A stretch of DNA of 64,000 bases from Escherichia coli (GCF_013122565.1 NZ_CP053258.1), one strand, 5' to 3'. Shown: positions 30,307 to 41,282, counted from the first letter of the stretch. Numbers and translations are program-made. Notes: a model not told the origin generated them from the sequence alone.

Positions 30307-30995
30307 TACAGGCCCCTCAGGCTATATCCCATGCCGCGATGAGTATTAATCGGTGAAAGATCGGGGTTGATGGCGCGCAGCTTGGCACGCAGCGTTTTAA
30401 TGTGGGTATCGACGGTGCGATCGTAGGTGTCCTGCGCATCTTCCCACACGCTATCCATTAGTTGCTGGCGGGACCAGACGCGGCCCGGCGACTTGAGTAA
30501 CGTCTTCAGCAATAAAAACTCATACCGCGTCAGCGTTAATGGCGTGTCAAACCAGCTGATCTGCGCCGCGGGTTCATTCAATTCAAAATGACCAATACGG
30601 ATGACGGGAGACGGCGTCGAGAACTTCTTCACCCGACGCAGTAAGGTGCGCACCCTGGCGCACACTTCGCGGGGTGAAAACGGTTTAGCCACATAGTCGT
30701 CAGCGCCAATTTCCAGCCCAAGCAGGCGATCGACCTCTTCACTTCGGGCCGTCAGGAACAGTACAGGTAACGCCGGATGGAGCGCCAGTAACTGGCGGCA
30801 CAATTCAAAGCCGCTGATATCAGGCAAACCAACATCGAGAATCATGACGTCGGGAACCTGCTGGCGAGCTTTATCCAGCACCGGCAAGCCTCGCTCAAAG
30901 ACCTCGACGGCAAAACCTTCCTGCTGCAACATGTAGACCAGCGTGTCGGCTATCCCTTGCTCGTCTTCTACTAACCAGACCGTTTCGCGTTGCAT
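30306..30995 (-). CDS. creB: Response regulator CreB
   Basis: 229 aa OmpR-family regulator. Confidence 0.96.
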   Translation of the reverse strand: MQRETVWLVEDEQGIADTLVYMLQQEGFAVEVFERGLPVLDKARQQVPDVMILDVGLPDISGFELCRQLLALHPALPVLFLTARSEEVDRLLGLEIGADDYVAKPFSPREVCARVRTLLRRVKKFSTPSPVIRIGHFELNEPAAQISWFDTPLTLTRYEFLLLKTLLKSPGRVWSRQQLMDSVWEDAQDTYDRTVDTHIKTLRAKLRAINPDLSPINTHRGMGYSLRGL

Positions 30996-31007
30996 AAATC
31001 GCCTCTG

Positions 31008-31481
31008 TTATTGCCGCCACGGCATGACAGGAACCGCGCTAATCGCGTTTTTCGGCGAACCTTCTACAACTTTGTCGGAGTAAGCCAGATAAGCGAGCGC
31101 GTTGCGTTTAGCATCATAAAAGCGCACGACCTGTAACGACTTAAAGACCAGGGACGTGCGTTTTTTGAATACTACCTCGCCCTGAGCTTTGCCGTTTTTA
31201 ATACGATCCGACAGTTCAATCGGCCCGACTTGCTGACAAGAAATGGCCGCATCGGAGGTATCTTCCGCCAGCCCCAATCCCCCTTTAATACCCCCGGTTT
31301 TCGCCCGGCTCACATAACAGGTGACATTTTTCACATCGGGATCGTCAAAGGCTTCCACAACAATTTTGTGATCCGGGCCGATCATTTTAAATACGGTGTC
31401 GACCGAACCAATCTCTTCTGCATGAGCCAATGGCCCCAGCATTATCAGGCTTAAAGACAGGATCAAATGCTTGTATTTCAT
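31008..31481 (-). CDS. creA: Periplasmic protein CreA
   Basis: 157 aa with a signal peptide. First gene of creABCD. Confidence 0.93.
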
Positions 31482-31692
31482 ATTGTTACCATTTTTATCT
31501 ATTACACGAGCAATTAGTTCGTCACGGTAAATAACATATTGATTAAGAACAAAATCTCAATACTTTTATTTCCGTCAAGCCCTAAAACATACTCTAATAA
31601 GAAAAAAAACACTGAATGCTAAAACAGCAAAAAATGCTATTATCCAATTACCTGATGTCAGGTGCTCGTTGTTGAAAGGATGAGGATATTTT

Positions 31693-32562
31693 ATGGATCA
31701 GGCCGGCATTATTCGCGACCTTTTAATCTGGCTGGAAGGTCATCTGGATCAGCCCCTGTCGCTCGACAATGTAGCGGCGAAAGCAGGTTATTCCAAGTGG
31801 CACTTACAGAGAATGTTTAAAGATGTCACTGGCCATGCTATTGGCGCGTATATTCGTGCTCGTCGTTTGTCGAAATCGGCGGTCGCACTACGCCTGACTG
31901 CGCGTCCGATTCTGGACATCGCGCTGCAATACCGCTTCGACTCTCAACAGACATTTACCCGCGCATTCAAGAAGCAGTTTGCCCAGACTCCTGCACTTTA
32001 CCGCCGTTCTCCTGAATGGAGCGCCTTTGGTATTCGCCCGCCGCTACGTCTGGGTGAATTCACTATGCCAGAGCACAAATTTGTCACCCTGGAAGATACG
32101 CCGCTGATTGGTGTTACCCAGAGCTACTCCTGTTCGCTGGAGCAAATCTCTGATTTCCGCCATGAAATGCGTTATCAGTTCTGGCACGATTTTCTCGGCA
32201 ACGCGCCGACCATTCCGCCAGTGCTCTACGGCCTGAATGAAACGCGTCCGAGTCAGGATAAAGACGACGAACAAGAGGTATTCTATACCACCGCGTTAGC
32301 CCAGGATCAGGCAGATGGCTATGTACTGACGGGGCATCCGGTGATGCTGCAGGGCGGCGAATATGTGATGTTTACCTATGAAGGTCTGGGAACCGGCGTG
32401 CAGGAGTTTATCCTGACGGTATACGGAACGTGCATGCCAATGCTCAACCTGACGCGCCGTAAAGGTCAGGATATTGAGCGATACTACCCGGCAGAAGATG
32501 CCAAAGCGGGAGATCGCCCAATTAATCTGCGCTGTGAACTGCTGATTCCGATCCGTCGTTAA
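31693..32562 (+). CDS. rob: AraC/XylS-family right-origin-binding protein
   Basis: 289 aa, MDQAGIIRDLLIWLEGHLDQPLSLDNVAAKAGYSKWHLQRMFKD.. Confidence 0.98.
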   Translation: MDQAGIIRDLLIWLEGHLDQPLSLDNVAAKAGYSKWHLQRMFKDVTGHAIGAYIRARRLSKSAVALRLTARPILDIALQYRFDSQQTFTRAFKKQFAQTPALYRRSPEWSAFGIRPPLRLGEFTMPEHKFVTLEDTPLIGVTQSYSCSLEQISDFRHEMRYQFWHDFLGNAPTIPPVLYGLNETRPSQDKDDEQEVFYTTALAQDQADGYVLTGHPVMLQGGEYVMFTYEGLGTGVQEFILTVYGTCMPMLNLTRRKGQDIERYYPAEDAKAGDRPINLRCELLIPIRR

Positions 32563-33206
32563 CGCTGCAGCTCATCTAATGCAGGGGCGTCCAGATGCGA
32601 GATGTCCCCTGCGGTTTCAACGACCCAGCCAGACGCCAGCCACAGGCTTTCCTGATAATCCACGCGCGAAATAGAACAGTTACGCAGACGTAAGCGGCGC
32701 TCTGCCCATGCTGGTAATCCGAGAATCGTACTCACCAGACATCCCAGTGCAATACCATGGCTCACCAGCAGCGGTCGGCTTCCCTGCGGTAAGTCCCGGC
32801 AAGATTCCAGTGCCGCATTGACGCGATCGCTGAGCTCCTGCATTGACTCGCCTTCAGGAATACGCCCATCAACGGTGCCATTGACCAGCTGCCGACGCCA
32901 GTTCTCTTCTTCTTCGGTCAGAGAATCGATATGTCTTTTTTCCAGCACACCCATGTTTAATTCACGCAGGCGAGAATCAAAGATGATGTCACAGCCGCAG
33001 GCCTGGGCGATGATTTCCGCCGTACGCCGGGTGCGTCCTAAATCGCTACTGATGATATGCGTAATGCCAAGCTCTTTGGCACGGGTTGCCACCTGCATCG
33101 CCTGTTGCTCACCTTTGGCGGTCAGCGGGCTGTCAGACTGGCCCTGAATACGTCGCTCGGCGTTCCACTGCGTTTCACCGTGGCGGACTAGGTATACCTG
33201 TAACAT
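32559..33206 (-). CDS. gpmB: Phosphoglycerate-mutase-family phosphatase
   Basis: 215 aa, MLQVYLVRHGETQWNAERRIQGQSDSPL... Its 3' end overlaps the convergent rob by 4 nt. Confidence 0.96.
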   Translation of the reverse strand: MLQVYLVRHGETQWNAERRIQGQSDSPLTAKGEQQAMQVATRAKELGITHIISSDLGRTRRTAEIIAQACGCDIIFDSRLRELNMGVLEKRHIDSLTEEEENWRRQLVNGTVDGRIPEGESMQELSDRVNAALESCRDLPQGSRPLLVSHGIALGCLVSTILGLPAWAERRLRLRNCSISRVDYQESLWLASGWVVETAGDISHLDAPALDELQR

Positions 33207-33245
33207 GCTTTTTTTCCGTATACTGCTGTAACGTTAATTTTCTGA

Positions 33246-33770
<525 letters not shown>

Positions 33771-33912
33771 GCGCCTGATGCGACGCTGCCGCGTCTTATC
33801 ATGCCTACCAAACATATTGAAATTACGGGTATTTGTAGGACGGATAAGGCGTTCACGCCGCATCCGGCATTCGGTGCACGATGCCTGATGCGCCACGTCT
33901 TATCAGGCCTAC
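33771..33912. repeat. BIME cluster (three REP units)
   Basis: GCGCCTGATGCGACGCTGCCGCGTCTTATCATGCCTAC, GTAGGACGGATAAGGCGTTCACGCCGCATCCGGCA and GCCTGATGCGCCACGTCTTATCAGGCCTAC. Confidence 0.9.
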
Positions 33913-33916
33913 AAAA

Positions 33917-34258
<342 letters not shown>

Positions 34259-34290
34259 TTAGCGGGGGAAGCAAAATGCCTCCCCCGGTT

Positions 34291-34308
34291 GTACTCGCTA
34301 AAGAGTAC
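34291..34308. promoter_or_regulatory. TrpR autoregulatory operator in the trpR promoter
   Basis: Palindrome GTACTC-GCTAAA-GAGTAC, 47 nt upstream of the trpR ATG. It fits the Trp-repressor operator half-site GTACT/AGTAC. Confidence 0.7.
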
Positions 34309-34332
34309 GATAGCATATCATAAACGTGCGGA

Positions 34333-36270
34333 TCAGTAACGACGTCCCCATTCCGTGGCGCTCATCAACGTCGGTTTATCCCCCATGAAATAGCGGTAGT
34401 AAGCGTCATAAGCCAGCACGTTCTTCACATAACCGCGCGTCTCGGAGAACGGAATACTCTCGACAAATGCCACAGCGTCGATACGCCCGGCGCTGTTGCC
34501 AAGCCAGGTTCGCACCCGTCCAGGTCCGGCGTTATAAGCTGCTGAGGAGAAAATACGGTTATTGCCAAACTGCTGATAAACATATTGCAGGTAACTGGTG
34601 CCAATGTTGATATTCGTTTCCGGATCCAGCAATTGCCCAGGGCTGCTATAACCAGGAATAGAGAACATCTTCACCGTATGGGTCGCTGTACCAGGCATAA
34701 TCTGCATCAGGCCGCTGGCCCCTACCGGTGATTTCACTTTCGGATTCCAGGCGCTCTCCTGACGGGCAATCGCCATCGCATAGCTTTGCGGGATCTCTTT
34801 CCCACTGGTGTAACGTTTGAAAAGATCGTTGTAAGCCAGCGGGAATCGCTCTTCCAGATGATCCCAAAGCTTCCCGGCGATCGTTGCCTGAACGCTAAGA
34901 TCCCACCATTGGTTATTGAAAGCATACCGAGCCAGTTGAGCCTGCTCTGTTTTTGACTTGCTCTTCACCAGATTGGCCCACTCGCTACGCGCGGTGTTAT
35001 CGAGATTCCAGTACATCAACTCGCGCACGCGCGCCATCTCCGGCCCCTGAGTCAGGGTGCTGTCAACATTCTGCGGCGCTTTATCAATCTTCAGCTCATA
35101 CTCTTCACCGATGCGTTGTGCTGCAACCATCGGGTAGAAACCACGCTGTTGCATGAGTTGATGCAAAATCTCTTTTGCTTCAGCTTCACGTCCGCGTTCC
35201 AGCAGTAAATCCGCCTGCCAGTAACGCCATTCATCTTTCTCTTTCGCCTCCATCGGCAAACGCGCCAGCCAGGTATTCAGGCCACGACGATCGCCGGTGC
35301 CAAGCGCCATTCGCACACGGCGTTCAATTAACGACGTGGATTGCGAGCGCATAATGGCGTCATCGCGCCATTTCGCCTGCTCGTCGGTGACATCGTTGCC
35401 CATCAAACGCCAGGCGACGATATCGCGCAGCTCCTGAATCTGATCTTCATTAAGCTGCTGCGCCTGGGCAAGCGATGGGATCATCAGCCGTGCATTCTCA
35501 GCATCCTGCCGCGCCACACTGGCAAACGCCACCGCCGCCATTTGACGGGTAAAATCGGTCGCTCCGGTTGTACGCGCGAAGGTCAGTACCGTATTAGGGT
35601 TGTTCGCCAGTGAAATGATTGCCGAGGCGATAGTCTGGTAATCGGCAGGCATCTGCCCTGCCAGCACTGTTACCAGGCCTGTGTTACCCGCTTTCATCGC
35701 CAAACGGATACGCTCTAAATACGCCAGCGGATCTTGTTTACCTGACGCACGCCAGACACTAAATAACTTGTCACAGGCGTTAGGCTGGCTCTTGCCGGTT
35801 AGCCACAGCTCTTTCGCCCCTTGCCAGGCTTCTTCACTCTGCCCGGTGTTCCATTTCGCATAGTAGTAATTACATTGCGCTTCGGTAGTTCCGGGCTTTT
35901 CCGGGCTAAAGGCTAACAAGCCACGCCAGTCTTCACGCCGCGCCAGTTCATTGACGAAACGAGATTGCAGCGTGCGAGCGGGAGGAAGCGTGGGGTTAGC
36001 GCGAACAAAGTTAGTGACCGTCACCGCCGGTTGATTCATCAGGTCATCGGTGATCTGGCGGTATTCCAGGTAGGGATAAAGCGGATAATCCTTCAGTCCA
36101 GGCATCATTTGTTCGACCACATCCATCTGTCGATTATCCCAGGCCTGCTTGATTTGCGCGTAACGGCTACGCTGCTCATCCAGTGAGTCGGCTCGCGCCA
36201 CGCTGCTGACCGTCAGCAGACAGACACCGGCAGCCAACAGCCGCCAGGTAACTTGTTTGGCTTTTTCCAC
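34333..36270 (-). CDS. slt: Soluble lytic murein transglycosylase Slt70
   Basis: 645 aa from the GTG at 36270 ((M)EKAKQVTWRLLAAGVCLLTVSSVARA), with a GAGGA SD upstream. The upstream ORF-track Met at 36300 is rejected. Confidence 0.96.
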   Translation of the reverse strand: MEKAKQVTWRLLAAGVCLLTVSSVARADSLDEQRSRYAQIKQAWDNRQMDVVEQMMPGLKDYPLYPYLEYRQITDDLMNQPAVTVTNFVRANPTLPPARTLQSRFVNELARREDWRGLLAFSPEKPGTTEAQCNYYYAKWNTGQSEEAWQGAKELWLTGKSQPNACDKLFSVWRASGKQDPLAYLERIRLAMKAGNTGLVTVLAGQMPADYQTIASAIISLANNPNTVLTFARTTGATDFTRQMAAVAFASVARQDAENARLMIPSLAQAQQLNEDQIQELRDIVAWRLMGNDVTDEQAKWRDDAIMRSQSTSLIERRVRMALGTGDRRGLNTWLARLPMEAKEKDEWRYWQADLLLERGREAEAKEILHQLMQQRGFYPMVAAQRIGEEYELKIDKAPQNVDSTLTQGPEMARVRELMYWNLDNTARSEWANLVKSKSKTEQAQLARYAFNNQWWDLSVQATIAGKLWDHLEERFPLAYNDLFKRYTSGKEIPQSYAMAIARQESAWNPKVKSPVGASGLMQIMPGTATHTVKMFSIPGYSSPGQLLDPETNINIGTSYLQYVYQQFGNNRIFSSAAYNAGPGRVRTWLGNSAGRIDAVAFVESIPFSETRGYVKNVLAYDAYYRYFMGDKPTLMSATEWGRRY

Positions 36271-36379
36271 AAGCGCATCCTCTAAGTGTAAATACATCAA
36301 TGCAGCGTCATGCCGCGTAATAGATTTATGCTAACCAGTCATTGCCGTTTACGCCACGTTATGGACACTTTTTTACTTT

Positions 36380-36506
36380 TATACTCTAAATAATTCGAGT
36401 TGCAGGAAGGCGATAAGTGAGTGAGTCCCCAGGAGCTTACAGAAGTAAGTGACTGGGGTGAGCGAGCGTAAGCGCAGCACATGCAACTTGAAGTATGACG
36501 AGTATA
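36380..36506. repeat. ERIC (IRU) element, 127 bp
   Basis: Contains both ERIC core motifs: GTGAGTCCCCAGGAGCTTACA (ERIC1R-like) and AAGTAAGTGACTGGGGTGAGCG (identical to the ERIC2 primer). Terminal inverted repeats are TATACTC (36380-36386) and GAGTATA (36500-36506). Confidence 0.9.
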
Positions 36507-36605
36507 CTGCGAAGGTGATCGACCAACTGGGATTAGGCGGGGAAAAAGGCTACACTTCGCCTTTGAAAACTCATCATCACGATAAACATAGAGGCGAAGT
36601 CCAAC

Positions 36606-38273
36606 GTGGCTCAATTCGTTTATACCATGCATCGTGTCGGCAAAGTTGTTCCGCCGAAACGTCATATTTTGAAAAACATCTCTCTGAGTTTCTTCCCTGG
36701 GGCAAAAATTGGTGTCCTGGGTCTGAACGGCGCGGGTAAGTCTACCCTGCTGCGCATTATGGCGGGCATTGATAAAGACATCGAAGGTGAAGCGCGTCCG
36801 CAACCGGATATCAAGATTGGTTATCTGCCGCAGGAACCGCAGCTGAACCCGGAACACACCGTGCGTGAGTCCATTGAAGAAGCGGTTTCTGAAGTGGTTA
36901 ACGCCCTGAAACGTCTAGATGAAGTGTATGCGCTGTACGCCGATCCGGATGCCGATTTTGACAAGCTGGCCGCTGAACAAGGTCGTCTGGAAGAGATCAT
37001 TCAGGCTCACGACGGTCACAACCTGAACGTTCAGCTGGAGCGTGCGGCGGATGCGCTGCGTCTGCCGGATTGGGACGCGAAAATCGCTAACCTCTCCGGT
37101 GGTGAGCGTCGTCGCGTGGCGTTGTGCCGCCTGCTGCTGGAAAAACCAGACATGCTGCTGCTCGACGAACCGACCAACCACCTGGATGCCGAATCCGTGG
37201 CCTGGCTGGAACGCTTCCTGCACGACTTCGAGGGCACCGTGGTGGCGATTACCCACGACCGTTACTTCCTCGATAACGTTGCAGGCTGGATCCTCGAACT
37301 TGACCGCGGTGAAGGTATTCCGTGGGAAGGTAACTACTCCTCCTGGCTGGAGCAGAAAGATCAGCGCCTGGCGCAGGAAGCTTCACAAGAAGCAGCGCGT
37401 CGTAAGTCGATCGAGAAAGAGCTGGAGTGGGTGCGTCAGGGCGCGAAAGGCCGTCAGTCGAAAGGTAAAGCACGTCTGGCACGTTTTGAAGAGCTGAACA
37501 GCACCGAATATCAGAAACGTAACGAAACCAACGAACTGTTTATTCCACCTGGACCGCGTCTGGGCGATAAAGTGCTGGAAGTCAACAACCTGCGTAAATC
37601 CTATGGCGATCGTCTGCTGATTGATTCCCTGAGCTTCTCGATCCCGAAAGGAGCGATCGTCGGGATCATCGGTCCGAACGGCGCGGGTAAATCGACCCTG
37701 TTCCGTATGATCTCCGGTCAGGAACAGCCGGACAGCGGCACCATCACTTTAGGTGAAACGGTGAAACTGGCGTCGGTTGATCAGTTCCGTGACTCCATGG
37801 ATAACAGCAAAACCGTTTGGGAAGAAGTTTCCGGCGGGCTGGATATCATGAAGATCGGCAACACCGAGATGCCAAGCCGCGCCTACGTTGGCCGCTTTAA
37901 CTTTAAAGGGGTTGATCAGGGTAAACGCGTTGGTGAACTCTCCGGTGGTGAGCGCGGTCGTCTGCATCTGGCGAAGCTGCTGCAGGTTGGCGGCAACATG
38001 CTGCTGCTCGACGAACCAACCAACGACCTGGATATCGAAACCCTGCGCGCGCTGGAAAACGCCCTGCTGGAGTTCCCGGGCTGCGCGATGGTTATCTCGC
38101 ACGACCGTTGGTTCCTCGACCGTATCGCCACGCACATCCTGGACTACCAGGATGAAGGTAAAGTTGAGTTCTTCGAAGGTAACTTTACCGAGTACGAAGA
38201 GTACAAGAAACGCACGCTGGGCGCAGACGCGCTGGAGCCGAAGCGTATCAAGTACAAGCGTATTGCGAAGTAA
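36606..38273 (+). CDS. ettA: ABC-F translation throttle protein
   Basis: 555 aa, GTG start, (M)AQFVYTMHRVGKVVPPKRHILKNISLSFFPGAKIGVLGLNGAGKST... Two ABC cassettes. Confidence 0.98.
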   Translation: MAQFVYTMHRVGKVVPPKRHILKNISLSFFPGAKIGVLGLNGAGKSTLLRIMAGIDKDIEGEARPQPDIKIGYLPQEPQLNPEHTVRESIEEAVSEVVNALKRLDEVYALYADPDADFDKLAAEQGRLEEIIQAHDGHNLNVQLERAADALRLPDWDAKIANLSGGERRRVALCRLLLEKPDMLLLDEPTNHLDAESVAWLERFLHDFEGTVVAITHDRYFLDNVAGWILELDRGEGIPWEGNYSSWLEQKDQRLAQEASQEAARRKSIEKELEWVRQGAKGRQSKGKARLARFEELNSTEYQKRNETNELFIPPGPRLGDKVLEVNNLRKSYGDRLLIDSLSFSIPKGAIVGIIGPNGAGKSTLFRMISGQEQPDSGTITLGETVKLASVDQFRDSMDNSKTVWEEVSGGLDIMKIGNTEMPSRAYVGRFNFKGVDQGKRVGELSGGERGRLHLAKLLQVGGNMLLLDEPTNDLDIETLRALENALLEFPGCAMVISHDRWFLDRIATHILDYQDEGKVEFFEGNFTEYEEYKKRTLGADALEPKRIKYKRIAK

Positions 38274-38283
38274 TGCGTAAAAT

Positions 38284-38315
38284 GCCGGATGCGGCGCGCC
38301 AGCATCGCATCCGGT
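38284..38315. repeat. REP-like hairpin / ettA terminator
   Basis: GCCGGATGCG (38284-38293) ... CGCATCCGGT (38306-38315), immediately after the ettA stop. Confidence 0.5.
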
Positions 38316-38328
38316 AATAGTTAAATGA

Positions 38329-38613
38329 TTAATGGGAGGCAAGTTCCCGGAAAAAGGCAGGATTTTCTTTAATTGTGGCAAGTACTTTTGCAGCCAATCC
38401 CGTAGGATTTCTTCGCTTCGATTCCCAGCTTTTAATGGTATCCACACTGGTTCCCAGAGCTTTTGCCATCTCACTTTGCGAAACGTTGAGTTGCTCACGA
38501 ATAGCTTTAACATCCGCAATTTCGTAGCGGGTCACCCGTGCAGGTTCTTTTAAACCTTGTTTAATCTCGACAGCCTCTTCCAGAGAGGTTTTCAACTCAT
38601 CAAAAAAACTCAT
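38329..38613 (-). CDS. Small XRE-type HTH protein resembling type II antitoxins (94 aa)
   Basis: The ATG at 38613 has an AAAGGTGAGG SD; the ORF-track GTG at 38625 is less likely. The product is MSFFDELKTSLEEAVEIKQG.. followed by the HTH LNVSQSEMAKALGTSVDTIKSWESKRRNPTG, the architecture of HigA/MqsA-like antitoxins. It starts 33 nt downstream of the nadR stop on the same strand. Confidence 0.75.
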   Translation of the reverse strand: MSFFDELKTSLEEAVEIKQGLKEPARVTRYEIADVKAIREQLNVSQSEMAKALGTSVDTIKSWESKRRNPTGLAAKVLATIKENPAFFRELASH

Positions 38614-38646
38614 TTTATACCTCACCTTTGAGCAGTTTCGTCACGG

Positions 38647-39879
38647 TTATCCCTGCTCCCCCATCATCTCCCGCACCAGTTCCACACAGCGCAGGAAACG
38701 GCTGTCGTAATCGTCCTCTTCAACCCGCACAAATTCGATATTGTTCTCTTCCAGCATCTCCACCAGCAAGTTCTGGAACTCTTTGCGATCCACCGAACTG
38801 CCGAGGCTGCGTAAACCATCCGCTACCCATGGGGTGTTGTTCTCCAGCAAGATCACCAGATCGAAACGGTATTCATCAATCAACGCCTGCACGAACGGAT
38901 GCTCACGCCCTTCGTACTTTTTGCAGAACGCCTGGGTAGTGACAAAATCAGTGTCGATAAACGCCACTTTATTGGCGTATTTCACTGCAAAATCAATGTA
39001 TTGAGCATGGCCCAGCGCGATTTTATCGTAGTCGGAATACTGCAATGCGATCTCATCACCGCCGAGGTGTGAAAAGACATAATCGCGACCATATTCCCAC
39101 GCACTGGTGGTATTGAAGATATTGGCAAGTTTGTTTACCAGGGTGGATTTACCGCTCGACTCGCCACCAAGGATCGCCACGGTACGCACAAAGAACGGCT
39201 TCACTTCCGTAGGAATATATTCCCAGTAGCGGAACGGGTTTTCGCGGATCTGCGCACCGCTGATACTCATAAAGGTACGCTTCGGATCGACCAGCACCGT
39301 CTCGATCCCCAGATGTTCCATATACTGTGGCGCATCGGCTTCTTCCGAGGTGTAGATCAGGTCCGGCTGGATCCCCTTTTCAGCCATAAACTTTTTGATG
39401 CCGTTGCTCCACACATCCCAGCCGTGCGGATATGGCTCCATGCCCTCTTCGTTGAAAGCATGAATGCGAATATTTTTCTGATATTTAAAAGTTTGCAATA
39501 ACCAGCGCAGACGATCCGGCACGGTCGGCTGCTGCGACATGGCACTGTCTTCGAACAACGCGCGGTCACGGGTATCGTCAAAACCCATAATGATATGCAG
39601 CTCGTCAACCTGGCTACAGGCGCGCTGGATAAGGTAGATATGTCCGGTATGCAGTGGGTAGAACTTACCGAATACCACACCAATGGTTTTCTTCTGTCGG
39701 GGAAATTCAAGCCCCAAAAAACGGTGCAATGCCTCCAGCTTTTGCGCGCTGGGGCTTTTAATTTTGGCATTCAGTAACTGGCTTAAATACCCTTTGGTCA
39801 TACCGCTGGCATCAGCCACCTGCTGTAGCGTGCAGCCCTGTTGCTTGATGGCAGTTTTCAGGTAATCAAATGACGACAT
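38647..39879 (-). CDS. nadR: NAD regulator / NMN adenylyltransferase / ribosylnicotinamide kinase
   Basis: 410 aa from MSSFDYLKTAIKQQGCTLQQVADASGMTKGYLSQLLN.. Confidence 0.97.
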   Translation of the reverse strand: MSSFDYLKTAIKQQGCTLQQVADASGMTKGYLSQLLNAKIKSPSAQKLEALHRFLGLEFPRQKKTIGVVFGKFYPLHTGHIYLIQRACSQVDELHIIMGFDDTRDRALFEDSAMSQQPTVPDRLRWLLQTFKYQKNIRIHAFNEEGMEPYPHGWDVWSNGIKKFMAEKGIQPDLIYTSEEADAPQYMEHLGIETVLVDPKRTFMSISGAQIRENPFRYWEYIPTEVKPFFVRTVAILGGESSGKSTLVNKLANIFNTTSAWEYGRDYVFSHLGGDEIALQYSDYDKIALGHAQYIDFAVKYANKVAFIDTDFVTTQAFCKKYEGREHPFVQALIDEYRFDLVILLENNTPWVADGLRSLGSSVDRKEFQNLLVEMLEENNIEFVRVEEDDYDSRFLRCVELVREMMGEQG

Positions 39880-39899
39880 ATCTCCCTCCGTATCTCTCA

Positions 39900-41282
39900 T
39901 TATAAGTCGTCGAACACGCTAAGCGCGTCGGAGAGTTTTTTAACGCCAAAAATCTGCATCCCTTCCGGCGCTTTTTTCGGTACGTTAGCCGCCGGAACAA
40001 TCGCCCGGCGAAAACCGTGTTTCGCCGCTTCAGAGATTCGTTCCTGACCGCTGGGCACCGGGCGGATCTCCCCTGCCAGCCCGACTTCACCAAACACCAC
40101 CAGATCCTGCGGCAGCGGTCTGTCACGCAGGCTGGAAACCATCGCCAGCAGTAACGCTAAGTCGGCGCTGGTTTCCGTCACCTTCACGCCGCCGACCACG
40201 TTCACAAATACATCCTGATCGGCCATTTGCAGACCACCGTGACGGTGCAAGACAGCCAGCAGGATCGCCAGACGGTTTTGCTCCAGACCTACCGCCACGC
40301 GGCGTGGATTCGCCATCATCGAGTGATCGACCAGCGCCTGAATCTCCACCAGCAGCGGACGCGTTCCTTCCCATACCACCATCACTGAGCTACCGGAGGT
40401 CACTTCATCGCCGCGGCTTAGAAAGATGGCGGAAGGGTTGCTGACTTCACGCAGCCCCTGTTCGGTCATCGCGAAGACGCCCAGCTCATTCACCGCGCCG
40501 AAGCGGTTTTTATGGCTGCGTAAGGTGCGAAAACGGGAGTCGGCATCGCCATCCAAAAGCACCGAACAGTCGATACAGTGTTCCAGCACTTTAGGGCCAG
40601 CCAGCGAACCATCTTTGGTTACGTGCCCGACCATGACAATCGCCACACCGCGCGTTTTGGCGAAGCGCGTCAGATAAGCCGCTGTTTCACGCACCTGCGC
40701 CACGCTGCCAGGCGATGACTGTACATCCGCCATATGCATCACCTGGATCGAGTCAATTACCATCAGCTTCGGTTGCTCTTCTTCGGCAATCAGGCAGATC
40801 TGCTCGATGCTGGTTTCCGATAACATATTGAGATTGTCAGTCGGCAGGCCAAGGCGATGAGCGCGCATTGCCACCTGTTGCAGCGACTCTTCGCCGGTGA
40901 CATACAGCGTTTTCATCTGCTGGGCCAGTTTGCACAGCGTTTGCAGTAGCAGCGTGGATTTCCCCGCACCAGGGTTACCGCCAATCAGAATGGCACTTCC
41001 TGGCACCACGCCTCCGCCTAGTACGCGGTCGAACTCTTTGAATCCGGTGGAAAAACGCGGCAGCTCTTCAAGGCTGATATCGGAGAGTTTCTGGACTTTT
41101 GCCACCCCGGCGCTACCGGCATAGCCGCTGAGACGCTCGTTACGCGCCACCGTTGGCGACGCAGCAAGACGCACCTCGGTGATGGTGTTCCAGGCATGAC
41201 AGGCACTGCACTGCCCCTGCCAGCGCGGATAATCGGCCCCGCATTCATTACAAACAAAGGCGCGTTTTGGAGCTTTTGCCAC
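39900..41282 (-). CDS. radA: DNA repair protein RadA/Sms
   Basis: 460 aa from the GTG at 41282 ((M)AKAPKRAFVCNECGADYPRWQGQCSACHAWNT..), with a GAGG SD upstream. Confidence 0.97.
   Translation of the reverse strand: MAKAPKRAFVCNECGADYPRWQGQCSACHAWNTITEVRLAASPTVARNERLSGYAGSAGVAKVQKLSDISLEELPRFSTGFKEFDRVLGGGVVPGSAILIGGNPGAGKSTLLLQTLCKLAQQMKTLYVTGEESLQQVAMRAHRLGLPTDNLNMLSETSIEQICLIAEEEQPKLMVIDSIQVMHMADVQSSPGSVAQVRETAAYLTRFAKTRGVAIVMVGHVTKDGSLAGPKVLEHCIDCSVLLDGDADSRFRTLRSHKNRFGAVNELGVFAMTEQGLREVSNPSAIFLSRGDEVTSGSSVMVVWEGTRPLLVEIQALVDHSMMANPRRVAVGLEQNRLAILLAVLHRHGGLQMADQDVFVNVVGGVKVTETSADLALLLAMVSSLRDRPLPQDLVVFGEVGLAGEIRPVPSGQERISEAAKHGFRRAIVPAANVPKKAPEGMQIFGVKKLSDALSVFDDL

Noticed and set aside
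36339-36857. 172-aa minus-strand ORF and 96-aa plus-strand ORF spanning the ERIC element and the ettA 5' end.
   Set aside because: They run through a non-coding repeat and the start of ettA in the wrong frame or strand. There are no translation signals.
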